A stretch of DNA of 64,000 nucleotides from Clostridia bacterium (GTDB lineage Bacteria > Bacillota > Clostridia > Saccharofermentanales > DTU023). The notes under the pieces were generated by a model. It was given only the letters and a program-made list of their open reading frames with translations, had not been told where the DNA came from and made no database searches. The stretch covers positions 195,356 through 259,355 of the forward strand of contig JAXGRH010000001.1 of assembly GCA_040766025.1 (NCBI GenBank), in the 5' to 3' direction. Below are positions 40,315-49,864 of this stretch, in pieces (position 1 is the first letter of the stretch; each line of letters begins with the position of its first letter). A program made the translations under genes and the position numbers.

Positions 40315-40343
40315 AAGAGCGCTATTTAGCGCTCTTGTCATTT
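40315..40343 (+). terminator. terminator of the 109-aa gene
   Basis: 9-bp stem AAGAGCGCT / AGCGCTCTT with loop ATTT, then GTCATTT. Confidence 0.5.
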
Positions 40344-40372
40344 ACCTTCATAAATTCGGTTTAGCCTATGCT

Positions 40373-40404
40373 GTACTTCGTAAAATTATTATTTTACGAA
40401 GTAC
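40373..40404. repeat. perfect 14-bp inverted repeat GTACTTCGTAAAAT-TATT-ATTTTACGAAGTAC (bidirectional terminator and/or dif-like recombination site)
   Basis: Base-by-base check: 40373-40386 is the exact reverse complement of 40391-40404. Lies between the convergent 109-aa gene and the Mur ligase gene. No flanking U-tract. Confidence 0.9.
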
Positions 40405-40421
40405 ATTTCCTCAAAACCAAA

Positions 40422-41966
40422 CTAACCCATCATCCGATCCTCTAACACCTTCAAAATACTTTCCCGTTCAGAGGCCCCTCTTCCCTCAGCCAAAAGATTC
40501 AAAGCGATCCTGGCCCCTTTATCCATGTTGTGGGATCCCGCCAACACAAAAAACTCTCCCGGTAAAACGGTAGGCAGCATTTGTTCAATCGCGTCCGCAA
40601 GATTTGGAATGTAGGTAAAGTTATAACCGGCGTTTTCAAGATCGGAGGTCACCGCATCATATTCTTCGTCCCGAACTACATCACGAGGTTTGGCAAGGTC
40701 TCTTGACGAAGTCAGATAAAAGCTTGACCAGTTAATTTTGTCACGGAACACTTGAAACTGTCCGATCACTTCACGGTTCACCTCCACGCCGCGATTGCCG
40801 CGGATGGCGTAGATGATCTTCACAGGCGCGCCCTCGGTCATCTGGACGAGCGCCTCCATCATCTTCCTCGTGTTGTCCTCATCGCTGATATGGTCATCAA
40901 TGATCGTGAATTCCTTTTGGTAGAGAATCTGCAATCGCCTTTCGATACCCGGGAAACTTTCGATAAGTTTGACCGCCCTTTCGGGCGCAATCCCATAAGC
41001 CATCGCAATCGTTAAGGCCGCCATGGCGTTATACACGGTGTGGCGCCCGGGAACCGAGAGCTTCACAGGCCAGCGCCCCGGGGGTAGCTCTCCCCTTCTG
41101 GTTCGAAGCGGGGAGCGGATCACAAGATCAAATTGGGGGATGCCACCCGGCAGGGTGAGATTTTCGGCCGAAATAAGAGCCGTAGCATGCTCAATCCCGA
41201 TGCCGATCACCTGTCCTTTTGTCTCATTTTCTAATTGAGCTACCAGGGGGTCGTCCAGGTTCAAAATCACGGGCACGCCCACAGCCACATTTTTCACCAA
41301 CATGGCCTTCTCTTCATAATATTCAAAAGAACCGTGATCGGGCAAATGATCCGGCGTGATATTCAAAAAAGCCACAGCGTCGTATTCAATGCCGTACACA
41401 CGGCACTGTTCCTCCGCGATGGAGGACACCTCCATGGAGACGACCTTTATCCCCGCTTCCCGTTGCTTGTTCAGCATGGCGTGTAAATCAGAACTCTCAG
41501 GAGTCGTGAGCACAGAAGCCGTTTTCTCGTCACCGAAACTGTAAGCCACCGATCCGATGACGGAGGTGGGCACTTTTTCAGCTTCCAGTATATGGCGCAG
41601 CATGGAGGTCGTCGTGGTCTTCCCGTTCGTGGCGGTGATCCCGATCATGTACATGTCGCGGTCCGAAAAACCAAAATAGGCGCGCGATAGTTCGGCCAGG
41701 GCCTGTCTTGAAAAGGGAACCGTCACATAGGTGATGCCTTCAATGTCAACCTCAACATCCTTTTCGGCCACAATTGCCGATGCCCCTTTTTCAATCGCGC
41801 TTTCAATGTAAAGATGTCCGTCAGTCAAGGCGCCCGGGATGGCGACAAAGATGAAACCCGGCTTCACTTCACGGGAATCACAGGTCACGCCTGAAATGGG
41901 AAGGTCCTCACCCAGATATCGAATGTTCGGATGGGTCAGCTGGGATAATAATGAAGATAAAAGCAT
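40422..41966 (-). CDS. Mur ligase family protein, MurE-like with atypical C-terminal domain
   Basis: MurE-like N-terminus (CDSREVKPGFIFVAIPGALTDGH), ATP site GITATNGKTTTTSM, TTPES, MEVSSIA, NITPDHLPDHGS. No DNPR motif in the C-terminal domain (TSSRDLAKPRD instead). Confidence 0.65.
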   Translation of the reverse strand: MLLSSLLSQLTHPNIRYLGEDLPISGVTCDSREVKPGFIFVAIPGALTDGHLYIESAIEKGASAIVAEKDVEVDIEGITYVTVPFSRQALAELSRAYFGFSDRDMYMIGITATNGKTTTTSMLRHILEAEKVPTSVIGSVAYSFGDEKTASVLTTPESSDLHAMLNKQREAGIKVVSMEVSSIAEEQCRVYGIEYDAVAFLNITPDHLPDHGSFEYYEEKAMLVKNVAVGVPVILNLDDPLVAQLENETKGQVIGIGIEHATALISAENLTLPGGIPQFDLVIRSPLRTRRGELPPGRWPVKLSVPGRHTVYNAMAALTIAMAYGIAPERAVKLIESFPGIERRLQILYQKEFTIIDDHISDEDNTRKMMEALVQMTEGAPVKIIYAIRGNRGVEVNREVIGQFQVFRDKINWSSFYLTSSRDLAKPRDVVRDEEYDAVTSDLENAGYNFTYIPNLADAIEQMLPTVLPGEFFVLAGSHNMDKGARIALNLLAEGRGASERESILKVLEDRMMG

Positions 41967-41980
41967 GCCTCTCCCCTTCC

Positions 41981-43066
41981 CTACTTGGCGTAATCAAGCC
42001 ATCCCTGGTGGATGAGCAACTCAGCGGTTAAAATGGCGCCGCCTGCCGCGCCGCGGATGAGGTTGTTGGATAAACAGACAAATTTGTAATCAAAGATGGG
42101 GTCCTCGCGCAGGCGCCCGATGGAAATGCCCATGCCGTGCCTGGAGGAGGCGTCGTATTTGGGTTGCGGACGGTCTGTTTCCTCAAAATAGCGTAAAAAA
42201 GGTCTCGGTGCCGTAGGCAAATTGGCCTCCCCGACTTCACTGGTGAAGTCGAGCCAGCGCAAAAGGATGTCGGTGGACTCGATGGGGCGGCGAAAGCGGA
42301 CGAAAACGGCCGCTAAATGGCCAAATTCCACCGGAACACGCACACATTGGGAGGAAATAAGCGGTTTTCGGGCTAATTCTATGCGGTCTCCACGCATTTT
42401 GCCCCATATTTTCAAGGGTTCCCACTCACTTTTCTCCTCTTCCCCGCTGATAAAGGGGATGACATTGTTTTGCATCTCGGGCCAGTCAACAAGGCGTCTC
42501 CCCGCCCCCGATACGGCCTGGTAAGTCGTCACGAACACTTCTTCAATGCCAAAATCCATCAGGGGGGTTAAGGCCGGCACATAGCTTTGGATGGAACAGT
42601 TGGGCTTCACCACAATGAAGCCTCTTTTTATACCTAAGCGCTTTCGCTGCGCTTCAATTAATTGCGTATGATCCGGATTAATCTCCGGGATGATGAGGGG
42701 CACGTCGGGTGTCCAGCGCATGGCGGAGTTATTAGAGATGACCGGTATTTCCGATTTTGCGATCGCCTCTTCTAATTGGATTAAAGCGTCCTTTTCCATG
42801 TCGACCGCGCTGAACACGAAGTCCACTTCACGCTTTAAAAGATCGATTTCATCGGTTCCGCCGACCACGATATCTTTGACGCTCTCAGGCATCGGTTCAT
42901 CCATGCGCCAGTGTTCTCCCACGGCTTCCTTATATGTTTTACCCTTAGATTTGGGCGAAGCCATGAGTTTTGTGATTTCAAACCAGGGGTGATCGACCAA
43001 CTGCAAAATAAAACATTGACCGACATGGCCTGTGGCGCCGAGTATTCCGACACGGAATTTTTTCAT
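41981..43066 (-). CDS. asd: aspartate-semialdehyde dehydrogenase
   Basis: RBS GGAGGG upstream of ATG 43066. NAD(P) site VGILGATGHVGQ, active-site KPNCSIQSY, SGAG. The longer ORF start (43120) is rejected. Confidence 0.8.
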   Translation of the reverse strand: MKKFRVGILGATGHVGQCFILQLVDHPWFEITKLMASPKSKGKTYKEAVGEHWRMDEPMPESVKDIVVGGTDEIDLLKREVDFVFSAVDMEKDALIQLEEAIAKSEIPVISNNSAMRWTPDVPLIIPEINPDHTQLIEAQRKRLGIKRGFIVVKPNCSIQSYVPALTPLMDFGIEEVFVTTYQAVSGAGRRLVDWPEMQNNVIPFISGEEEKSEWEPLKIWGKMRGDRIELARKPLISSQCVRVPVEFGHLAAVFVRFRRPIESTDILLRWLDFTSEVGEANLPTAPRPFLRYFEETDRPQPKYDASSRHGMGISIGRLREDPIFDYKFVCLSNNLIRGAAGGAILTAELLIHQGWLDYAK

Positions 43067-43200
43067 ACAAAAAACCCTCCCGATCCATTGCGCTTTGAGC
43101 GTACAGCGCAAGTATAGCAATTATGAAAGGGTGAAGAAAGTGAAGCGCGTGATAAAATAGGAACGACACGACATCTGTAGTTCCCTACGAAAGGAAAGTC

Positions 43201-44195
43201 TTGGTGAAAAAAGATGAACCAAAACCGCTCGACAGCTTTGTTCGCTTAGAGGAGTTTTTAGGCTATATCCGCGCCATCCTCGAACGATCTGAAGGGACGG
43301 TACGCCAGTACCGTTACGATCTGGTGCTGTTTTTTCGCTACCTGATCTCCGACGACAGAAAGCTTGTTCCGGAGGATGAGGCCTGGGAAGCGATTGACAT
43401 TTCAGTGGTCGACGATTCTTTTTTAAGAAGCATTCAACTGTCAGACCTTTACGGCTACATCGGTTGGCTTGCGACGACTCGCAAGACTGCCTCCTGCGAC
43501 CCGCGCCCGGCGCAGTTCATCTTTACGTACCTTTTGATTACTTGACCACTAAGGCCCATGTGCTGGACGACAATGTGGCGGCTAACCTGGAGTCTCCTAA
43601 ACAGGTGAAGCGCTTGCCGCGTCATCTGTCCTTAGATGAGAGCCGCGAGCTTTTGCAGGCGGCTTCCAGGAGCCACACGCGCTTTTCTACGCGAGATTAC
43701 GCCATGCTGACGCTCTTTTTAAACTGCGGTCTCAGGCTTTCTGAGCTTTGCGGTATCGATCTCTCCTCCTGGCGAGATGAGACTCTTACCGTGGTCGGTA
43801 AGGGCAATAAGGAGCGCACGATCTACCTGAACGGGGCTTGCATATCGGCCATTGAGGACTATTTGCCGGATCGCATCAAGCCCATAAAAGAAGATAAAGA
43901 CGCCATGTTTATCTCAAGGCTGGGTAAACGCGTGACACCGAGAGCGGTGCAAAACATTATTAAGAAATACATTATGTCCGCGGGGCTTGACCCTTCCCGC
44001 TATTCGACGCATAAACTGCGCCACACGGCTGCTACTTTAATGTATCAGTATGGCGAAGTGGATATACGAAGTCTGCAAGCACTTTTAGGACACGCGTCTG
44101 TGGCAACGACCGAGATCTATACCCATATTGACCAAAAGGCCTTGCATGAGGCGGTGGAACAAAACCCATTGAATCAGGAAAGAAACGTCAAGTAA
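43201..44195 (+). pseudogene. Xer-type tyrosine recombinase with two frameshifts about 70-80 nt apart
   Basis: Frame 1 (43201..): N-terminal core-binding domain. Frame 2 (43463-43534): LARLPPATRARRSSSLRTF, the conserved S..T..R.LS.LR.F helix. Frame 3 (from about 43535): DYLTTKAHVLDDN ... catalytic RHLSLDE / GLRLSEL / HKLRHTAAT / LLGHASVATTEIYTH. The second shift is at the T4 run 43532-43535. Confidence 0.8.
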
Positions 44196-44219
44196 GTCCA
44201 ATATTCAAGGAGGAACTTT

Positions 44220-45197
44220 ATGAAACGCCGATTAATTCTTTATTTACTTTCAATCTTGCTCGTTTTGACCATGACTTCTTGTCATCCGATAGCAAGGGGT
44301 AATCTGACACATCCCACCTCATCCCCCTCCGCATCCGTCACCCCTTCTCCCACCGCACCCGAGAGAACATCTCCGCCGAAAACGAGGGTGGAAATAAAGT
44401 ATTTCTATCACGAGAATTCACCCGTATACCAGACGGTTGCGCAGCTTGTCGCTGATTCACATTATGTTTTTAAAGGAACGCTGGTTGAGATTGACCGCGT
44501 TGAAAATGCATCTTGGTTTTGGGAGATTTACAAGGTAGAAGATGGGGATTTTTATAAGGGAAGCACAGAAGACGGATTCATCCGCATGATCAACGACGGC
44601 GATTACAGGAACAAAAGGCATGTCGGTCGCAAGTTCCTCATTTTCGCCGATAAAGCGGAGCTTCCGGTGTACCCCTACCCTCTCATTAATCCCATTTACA
44701 GCTACACGGTCTTTGAAATACAATGGGACGGCTCTTTGAGAATAGAAAAGCATATCGATGAGTCAGTTCTGCCGGTCGTTTTTGAAGAACGTTTCGCGAC
44801 CGACTACCACCAGCTGATCTTTGAGGATCCCGCTTCCTTCATACAAAAGCCAACAGATGAGGTCATCGATCGGTTCGACTCCTATGAGGAGATGCTCCAA
44901 TCGAGCGATTTAGTGCTGCGGGTTACTTTTGGGGAACTCAATATCATCAATGAATACGTCACCATGGCCTTTGTGAAAGAAACCCAAGCGGAATACGGCA
45001 TCCAATCATTCGATCTGAGTAGCATCTTCGTGAATGAAGACGTGTTATCGGGCATCGAGTACTTTGTCTTCCTTCGCTTAAGCGACGAAAAAGACTGCTA
45101 CCTGCTTGCGGCCCGATCAGGCGCCATAGTCTCATCCGAACAGACTTCAGAATGGGAGGAGGTGGCAGCACTCTTACAATCGAAAAAGATCATCTGA
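44220..45197 (+). CDS. hypothetical lipoprotein (325 aa)
   Basis: Signal peptide + lipobox LTMTSC, then a Ser/Pro-rich linker. No recognised domain. Confidence 0.5.
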   Translation: MKRRLILYLLSILLVLTMTSCHPIARGNLTHPTSSPSASVTPSPTAPERTSPPKTRVEIKYFYHENSPVYQTVAQLVADSHYVFKGTLVEIDRVENASWFWEIYKVEDGDFYKGSTEDGFIRMINDGDYRNKRHVGRKFLIFADKAELPVYPYPLINPIYSYTVFEIQWDGSLRIEKHIDESVLPVVFEERFATDYHQLIFEDPASFIQKPTDEVIDRFDSYEEMLQSSDLVLRVTFGELNIINEYVTMAFVKETQAEYGIQSFDLSSIFVNEDVLSGIEYFVFLRLSDEKDCYLLAARSGAIVSSEQTSEWEEVAALLQSKKII

Positions 45198-45231
45198 GTA
45201 GAAAATAGCTGAAAGCTAAAAATGACACCTA

Positions 45232-45274
45232 CAAAAAAGACCCGTAGCCTTCCGGCTGCGGGTCCCTTTCTCTT
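45232..45274. terminator. bidirectional rho-independent terminator
   Basis: GACCCGTAGCC (45239-45249) / GGCTGCGGGTC (45254-45264) with loop TTCC. A-run upstream and T-rich downstream. Lies between convergent genes. Confidence 0.7.
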
Positions 45275-45320
45275 AGTTTACTATTCAGCAACGACTAAAA
45301 TTATTGCATTTTCGATGCGC

Positions 45321-46772
45321 TTAACTTCTCATATGCTCCAAGAACACCTTATAGGCCACATACGTCTTATAGACATCAATCTTGCTAGTGACCTCAAAGC
45401 AGGAGTGCATGGACAGGACAGGCACACCGCAGTCAATGACTGAGATGCCAAGATCCGCCTGGTAAATCGCGACCGTCCCGCCGCCGCCCTGATCGACACG
45501 ACCGAGTTCCCCGGTCTGCCAGGGCACATCGTGAGCGTCCAGGAGGCGCGTGACTTCATTGAAGTATTCCGCGTTGGCATCCGAAGTGCCGCCCTTGCCG
45601 CGCGCGCCCGTGTATTTGAAAAAGGCGATGCCGCGGCCGGCATAGGTGTTGTTCTTCGGGTCGGACACCGATGCGAAGGTCGGATCGTAGGCGTTTGATA
45701 CGTCAGAGGAAAGCATCGTCGATTTTTCAATCTGGTCCTGCAGCTCAATCGCCGAGGGTTCGCGGCCTAACATGGCGCGCACCATGCGGCGCTGAATCGA
45801 GGGGAAAAGCTGCGAACGCGCGCCTGTAATCCCGCCTGAACCGGTCTCCTCTTTATCGTAGAGAATGACCATGCCCGTACGCTTCAAAGGCGTTTCGGCA
45901 TCTAAAAGGGCCCTTAACGCCGTATAGGCGCAGACGCGATCATCCTGACCGTAGCCTCCGACCATAGAGCGGTCAAAACCAACACAGCGCGCCTTGGTCG
46001 CGGGAACGATTTCAATCTCCGCCGTGACAAGATCGCGCTCCGTGATGCCGTACTGTTCATAGAGAAGATTCAACACGCCCAGCTTAAAGCGCTCTTTGAC
46101 ATCCTCACCGCCCGGGAAAGGCATGCTCCCGATCAATACATTCAACTCTTCGCCTTCAATGACTTCAGCGGCCGTTTTCTTCATCTGATCCGCGCCCAGG
46201 TGCGGCAAAAGATCCGTGATTGTAAAAACAGGATCACCTTCATTTTCGCCGATAGAAAGCTTCACAGTCGTACCGTCTTTTAGGATCACGACGCCGTGGA
46301 GTGACAAAGCCGTGGCCGCCCACTGGTACTTCTTAATCCCGCCGTAGTAATGCGTCTTTAACAAGGTCAAATCGTCGGACTCATACATCGGGTTCGGCTT
46401 CAGATCGAGCCTCGGTGAATCGACATGCGCGCCGATCATGTTGAAGCCTTCCAAAGGATCGGAGGTGCCGATCACGGCCGCGACAATCCCCTTACCGTGG
46501 ACCGTTTCATACACGCGGTCGCCCGGCTTTAAGGGCGCGTCCGAATCAAAGGCGCGATAGCCGTTTTCTTCTAATAATTTCACTGAGAAGTCAACAAACT
46601 CGCGCTCCGTCTTTCCCTCATCGAGCGCCACCTTGTAGTCTTCCGTAAAAGCCATCACGGCTTCGATCTCTTCTTTGTTATCGGGATCCCAGAGGTTTTT
46701 AAAAGAAAAACTAAGCTTCTTTCTAAGCTCGTCCGCCTGGTCCTTCTTCTTGTCGTTCGTTAATTCACTCAT
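45321..46772 (-). CDS. M18-family aminopeptidase (aminopeptidase 1 / aspartyl aminopeptidase-like)
   Basis: MIGAHVDSPRLDLKPNP, LLKTHYYGGIKKYQW, ILYDKEETGSGG, GVPVLSMHS. Confidence 0.75.
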   Translation of the reverse strand: MSELTNDKKKDQADELRKKLSFSFKNLWDPDNKEEIEAVMAFTEDYKVALDEGKTEREFVDFSVKLLEENGYRAFDSDAPLKPGDRVYETVHGKGIVAAVIGTSDPLEGFNMIGAHVDSPRLDLKPNPMYESDDLTLLKTHYYGGIKKYQWAATALSLHGVVILKDGTTVKLSIGENEGDPVFTITDLLPHLGADQMKKTAAEVIEGEELNVLIGSMPFPGGEDVKERFKLGVLNLLYEQYGITERDLVTAEIEIVPATKARCVGFDRSMVGGYGQDDRVCAYTALRALLDAETPLKRTGMVILYDKEETGSGGITGARSQLFPSIQRRMVRAMLGREPSAIELQDQIEKSTMLSSDVSNAYDPTFASVSDPKNNTYAGRGIAFFKYTGARGKGGTSDANAEYFNEVTRLLDAHDVPWQTGELGRVDQGGGGTVAIYQADLGISVIDCGVPVLSMHSCFEVTSKIDVYKTYVAYKVFLEHMRS

Positions 46773-46818
46773 AGAAGTCCTTTCGCTATCGATGTTGTCT
46801 AATGATCGTGTTCTTCGC

Positions 46819-47225
46819 TCAAAATACCAATCTTTTTTGACGCTCAGGCGTCATCATGTCGTTTTCCAGATAAAACTGTTCCAAAGCCTTCTTCACGGCC
46901 TGCTCGGCCAAGACCGAACAGTGCATTTTTACCTTGGGAAGTCCGTCCAAGGCTTCTGCCACCGCCTGATTCGTAATGTCAAGCGCCTCATCCGTCGTCT
47001 TGCCGATGATGAGCTCTGTCGCCATACTGGACGTGGCAATAGCCGAACCGCACCAAAGGTTTTAAACTTCGCGTCGACAATCACATTGTCAACAATTTTA
47101 AGATCCATCTTCATGATGTCACCGCAGATCGGATTACCCACCGTCCCGGAGGCCGTGGCATCAGGGATTTCACCCATATTGCGCGGTTTCATAAAATGGT
47201 CTAATACTTTTTCACTATATTCCAT
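46819..47225 (-). pseudogene. nifU: Fe-S cluster scaffold NifU/IscU-like, single frameshift
   Basis: N-terminal ORF (46929..47225): VLDHFMKPRNMGEI...GNPICGDIMKMDLKI...AKFKTFG, then out of frame. C-terminal ORF (46819..47025): [10 protein letters not shown]...[11 protein letters not shown]. The expected [11 protein letters not shown] is restored by adding one base near 47050. Confidence 0.8.
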
Positions 47226-47255
47226 AAAGATCCTCCCGAATCGAAAATTGTAAGA

Positions 47256-48534
47256 CTAAAGTGCGTAACCGCCCTCTATTTTAACATCGATTCCGCCTTC
47301 AAACGGTATCAGGGCATCCAGCTTCCCTCGCATATGATCCGCAAACAAAGGGGACATATCCCGTAAACGAGAAATGACAAGCGGCAGATCAATAAGGAAG
47401 CGGTCAATTTCCTTTTCCGTCGTCTCACGCCCGATCGTCACGCGCAGTGAACCGTGCGCGATCTCTGCCGGCATCCCGATGCTCAACAACACATGCGAAG
47501 GATCCAGGGAGGCCGAGGTACAGGCCGAGCCGCTCGAACAGGCATAACCTAAGGCGTCAAGGAGTAAAAGAATAGACTCGCCCTCGATAAATTCAAAGGA
47601 GAAATTCGCGTTATTCGGCAATCGCTTTTCAGGATGCCCGTTTAACTTTGTATGAGGCACGGCCTCAATGACCCCCTTGATCATGCGATCGCGAAGGGCG
47701 ATTTGTCGCTTGGATTCTTCTTCCATGTCCGCCAACGCGAGTTCAAAAGCGGTTGCAAACGCCTTGGCAAAGGCAACATTCTCAGTGCCTCCCCGCTGGC
47801 GCCTCTCTTGTGCGCCACCATCCAACAGGCGGTCAATGCGAAGACCCTTGCGCTTATAAAGCACGCCGATGCCCTTCGGGGCATAAAGCTTATGGCCTGA
47901 AAAAGACATGAGGTCGGCGTTCAGCTCACGGGGTAAGACAGGAATCGCTCCTAAAGCCTGCACCGCGTCAGAATGAAATAAGACATTCGCTTCTCGGCAG
48001 ATGGCGCCGATGGCCTGAATCGGCATCACCGTGCCGATTTCATTATTCGCCATCATGACGGACACAAGGATGGTGTCGGGACGGAGGGCCTTTTTGACAT
48101 CCAGTGGGTCCACCAAACCGAAGCGGTCGACTTCTAAGTAAGTCACCTCAAAGCCCTGCTTTTCCAAAGCTTCCATCGTGCAAACCGCGGTGGTGTTCCA
48201 CCTTCGTGGTAATAAGGTGGCGTCCTCTCCCCTCCCGGGCCTGTGCCACACCCTTGATGGCCCAGTTATCGGCTTCTGTTCCCGAGGAGGTGAAGAACAC
48301 TTCTTCCGGCAGTACTCCGAGTCCCTGCGCGATCGAGGCTCTTGATTCTTCTAACAGGCGCGCCGCCTGATGCCCCTCCTTATAAAAGGAGGAAGGGTTC
48401 CCATAGCTCTCTTTTAAAACATTTGTGACCGCCTCGAACACCTCAGTGCGAGGCGCCGTTGTCGCGGCGTGGTCAAAATAGACACGCGCTTCTGACTTGG
48501 CTTCTTCCATACGCTGTTCTAATTTAATATCCAT
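47256..48534 (-). pseudogene. nifS: cysteine desulfurase NifS/IscS-like, single frameshift
   Basis: N-terminal ORF (48148..48534): YFDHAATT, FTSSGTEADNWAIKG, ITTKVEHH. C-terminal ORF (47256..48251): AVCTMEALEKQGFEVTYL, SFSGHKLYAPKGIG, SSGSACTS. One extra C near 48185-48190 separates EHH from AV. Confidence 0.8.
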
Positions 48535-49864
48535 TTTTAAGCCCTCTAAGCTTCTTCACCGTCTCCATCCATTGGGCGATTCGCTCTTCGTAGCCGTGAT
48601 CGGTCGGCTCATAGTATACGGCATCTTGCATTTTTTCAGGCAAGAAAGTTTGCGGCGCAATCGCCTTTGGAAAATCGTGATCGTAAAGATAACCCTCCCC
48701 GTAGCCTAAGTCCTTCATGCCTTCTGCGGGAGCGTTTCGTATATGAAAGGGAATGGTCCCTGTATCGCCTTTTTCAACGTCCGAAAGCGCCTTGTCGATC
48801 GCGCGGTAGGCCCGGTTAGACTTAGGGCTCGTCGCGATCGCGATGACCGCCTCCGACAGCAAGATGCGCGCCTCCGGCATCCCCGTCATGAGGGAGGCCT
48901 GCCAGGCTGAAAGCGCTAAAGTAAGCATCTGCGGGTTGGCTAGGCCGACATCTTCGGCCGCGCAGATCGTGATCCGCCTACCGATAAAACTGATATCCTC
49001 CCCGCCTTGAAGCGCGCGGGCCAAATAGAACACCGCGGCATCCGGGTCGCTGCCCCGCATCGACTTGATCATGGCCGAGACCGTATCGTAATGCTCCTCA
49101 CCTGTAGCGTCGTAACGCGTCGTCTTTTTCTGCATGGAGTCAAGGATGGTCTCTTTAGTTAATGTGACGGATCCGTCTTCATTTTTGGGCGTCGTCATCG
49201 CCGCAAGCTCCAGACCGTTCAGCGCGACGCGCGCGTCACCGCCTGAAAGCTCCGCGATCATGGTCAATGTCTCATCTTCTATCGACACATGAAAAGCGCC
49301 AAGACCCCGTTCATTGTCAGCGATTGCGCGTCGCATCACCTCCACCACGTCCTCCGTTGTAAGCGGGTACAGTTGGAACACCGTGGAGCGTGAGATCAGG
49401 GCCTTATTGACCTGGAAAAAAGGATTCTCTGTCGTCGCGCCGATCAGGATCAGTCGACCGTTTTCCACCGAGGGTAAGAGCGCGTCCTGCTGGGCCTTGT
49501 TGAAACGATGAATCTCGTCAATAAAAAGGACACAGCGTCCGCTGGGGGTGAGTAAGGGATTTTCGGTATCTGAAATAATGCGCTTGATGTCAGCCACACC
49601 GGAGGTCACCGCGTTCAGCTGCTGGAAATTCGAGCTTGTTGAATTCGCGATCACCCGCGCAATGGACGTCTTGCCGACGCCGGGCGGGCCGAACAAAATG
49701 ATGGAAGAAAGCCGGTCGGCCGTGATCATGCGCCACAGCATCTTACCTTCTTCCAGAATATGACGCTGGCCGATGAAGTCGGCCAGCGTCTTGGGCATCA
49801 TGCGATAAGCCAGAGGCTCACGCCTTTGGATGTCCTTTGTCTCTTTTAAATCAGACGAGCTCAT
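48524..49864 (-). CDS. rarA: replication-associated recombination protein RarA/MgsA (AAA+ ATPase)
   Basis: [13 protein letters not shown], Walker [10 protein letters not shown], Walker [19 protein letters not shown], MgsA C-terminal domain (HYD..SA..KS.RGSD, YLARAL). ATG 49864 overlaps the glyA 3' end by 14 nt. Confidence 0.85.
   Translation of the reverse strand: MSSSDLKETKDIQRREPLAYRMMPKTLADFIGQRHILEEGKMLWRMITADRLSSIILFGPPGVGKTSIARVIANSTSSNFQQLNAVTSGVADIKRIISDTENPLLTPSGRCVLFIDEIHRFNKAQQDALLPSVENGRLILIGATTENPFFQVNKALISRSTVFQLYPLTTEDVVEVMRRAIADNERGLGAFHVSIEDETLTMIAELSGGDARVALNGLELAAMTTPKNEDGSVTLTKETILDSMQKKTTRYDATGEEHYDTVSAMIKSMRGSDPDAAVFYLARALQGGEDISFIGRRITICAAEDVGLANPQMLTLALSAWQASLMTGMPEARILLSEAVIAIATSPKSNRAYRAIDKALSDVEKGDTGTIPFHIRNAPAEGMKDLGYGEGYLYDHDFPKAIAPQTFLPEKMQDAVYYEPTDHGYEERIAQWMETVKKLRGLKNGY

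Noticed and set aside
43067-43120. Longer starts of the asd ORF (43120), and likewise of rarA (49930), rnhB (57890) and the DUF4358 lipoprotein ORF (62412).
   Set aside because: In each case an internal ATG has a good RBS, or an ATGA/overlap with the upstream gene, and opens the conserved N-terminus. The extensions have no conservation-like features.
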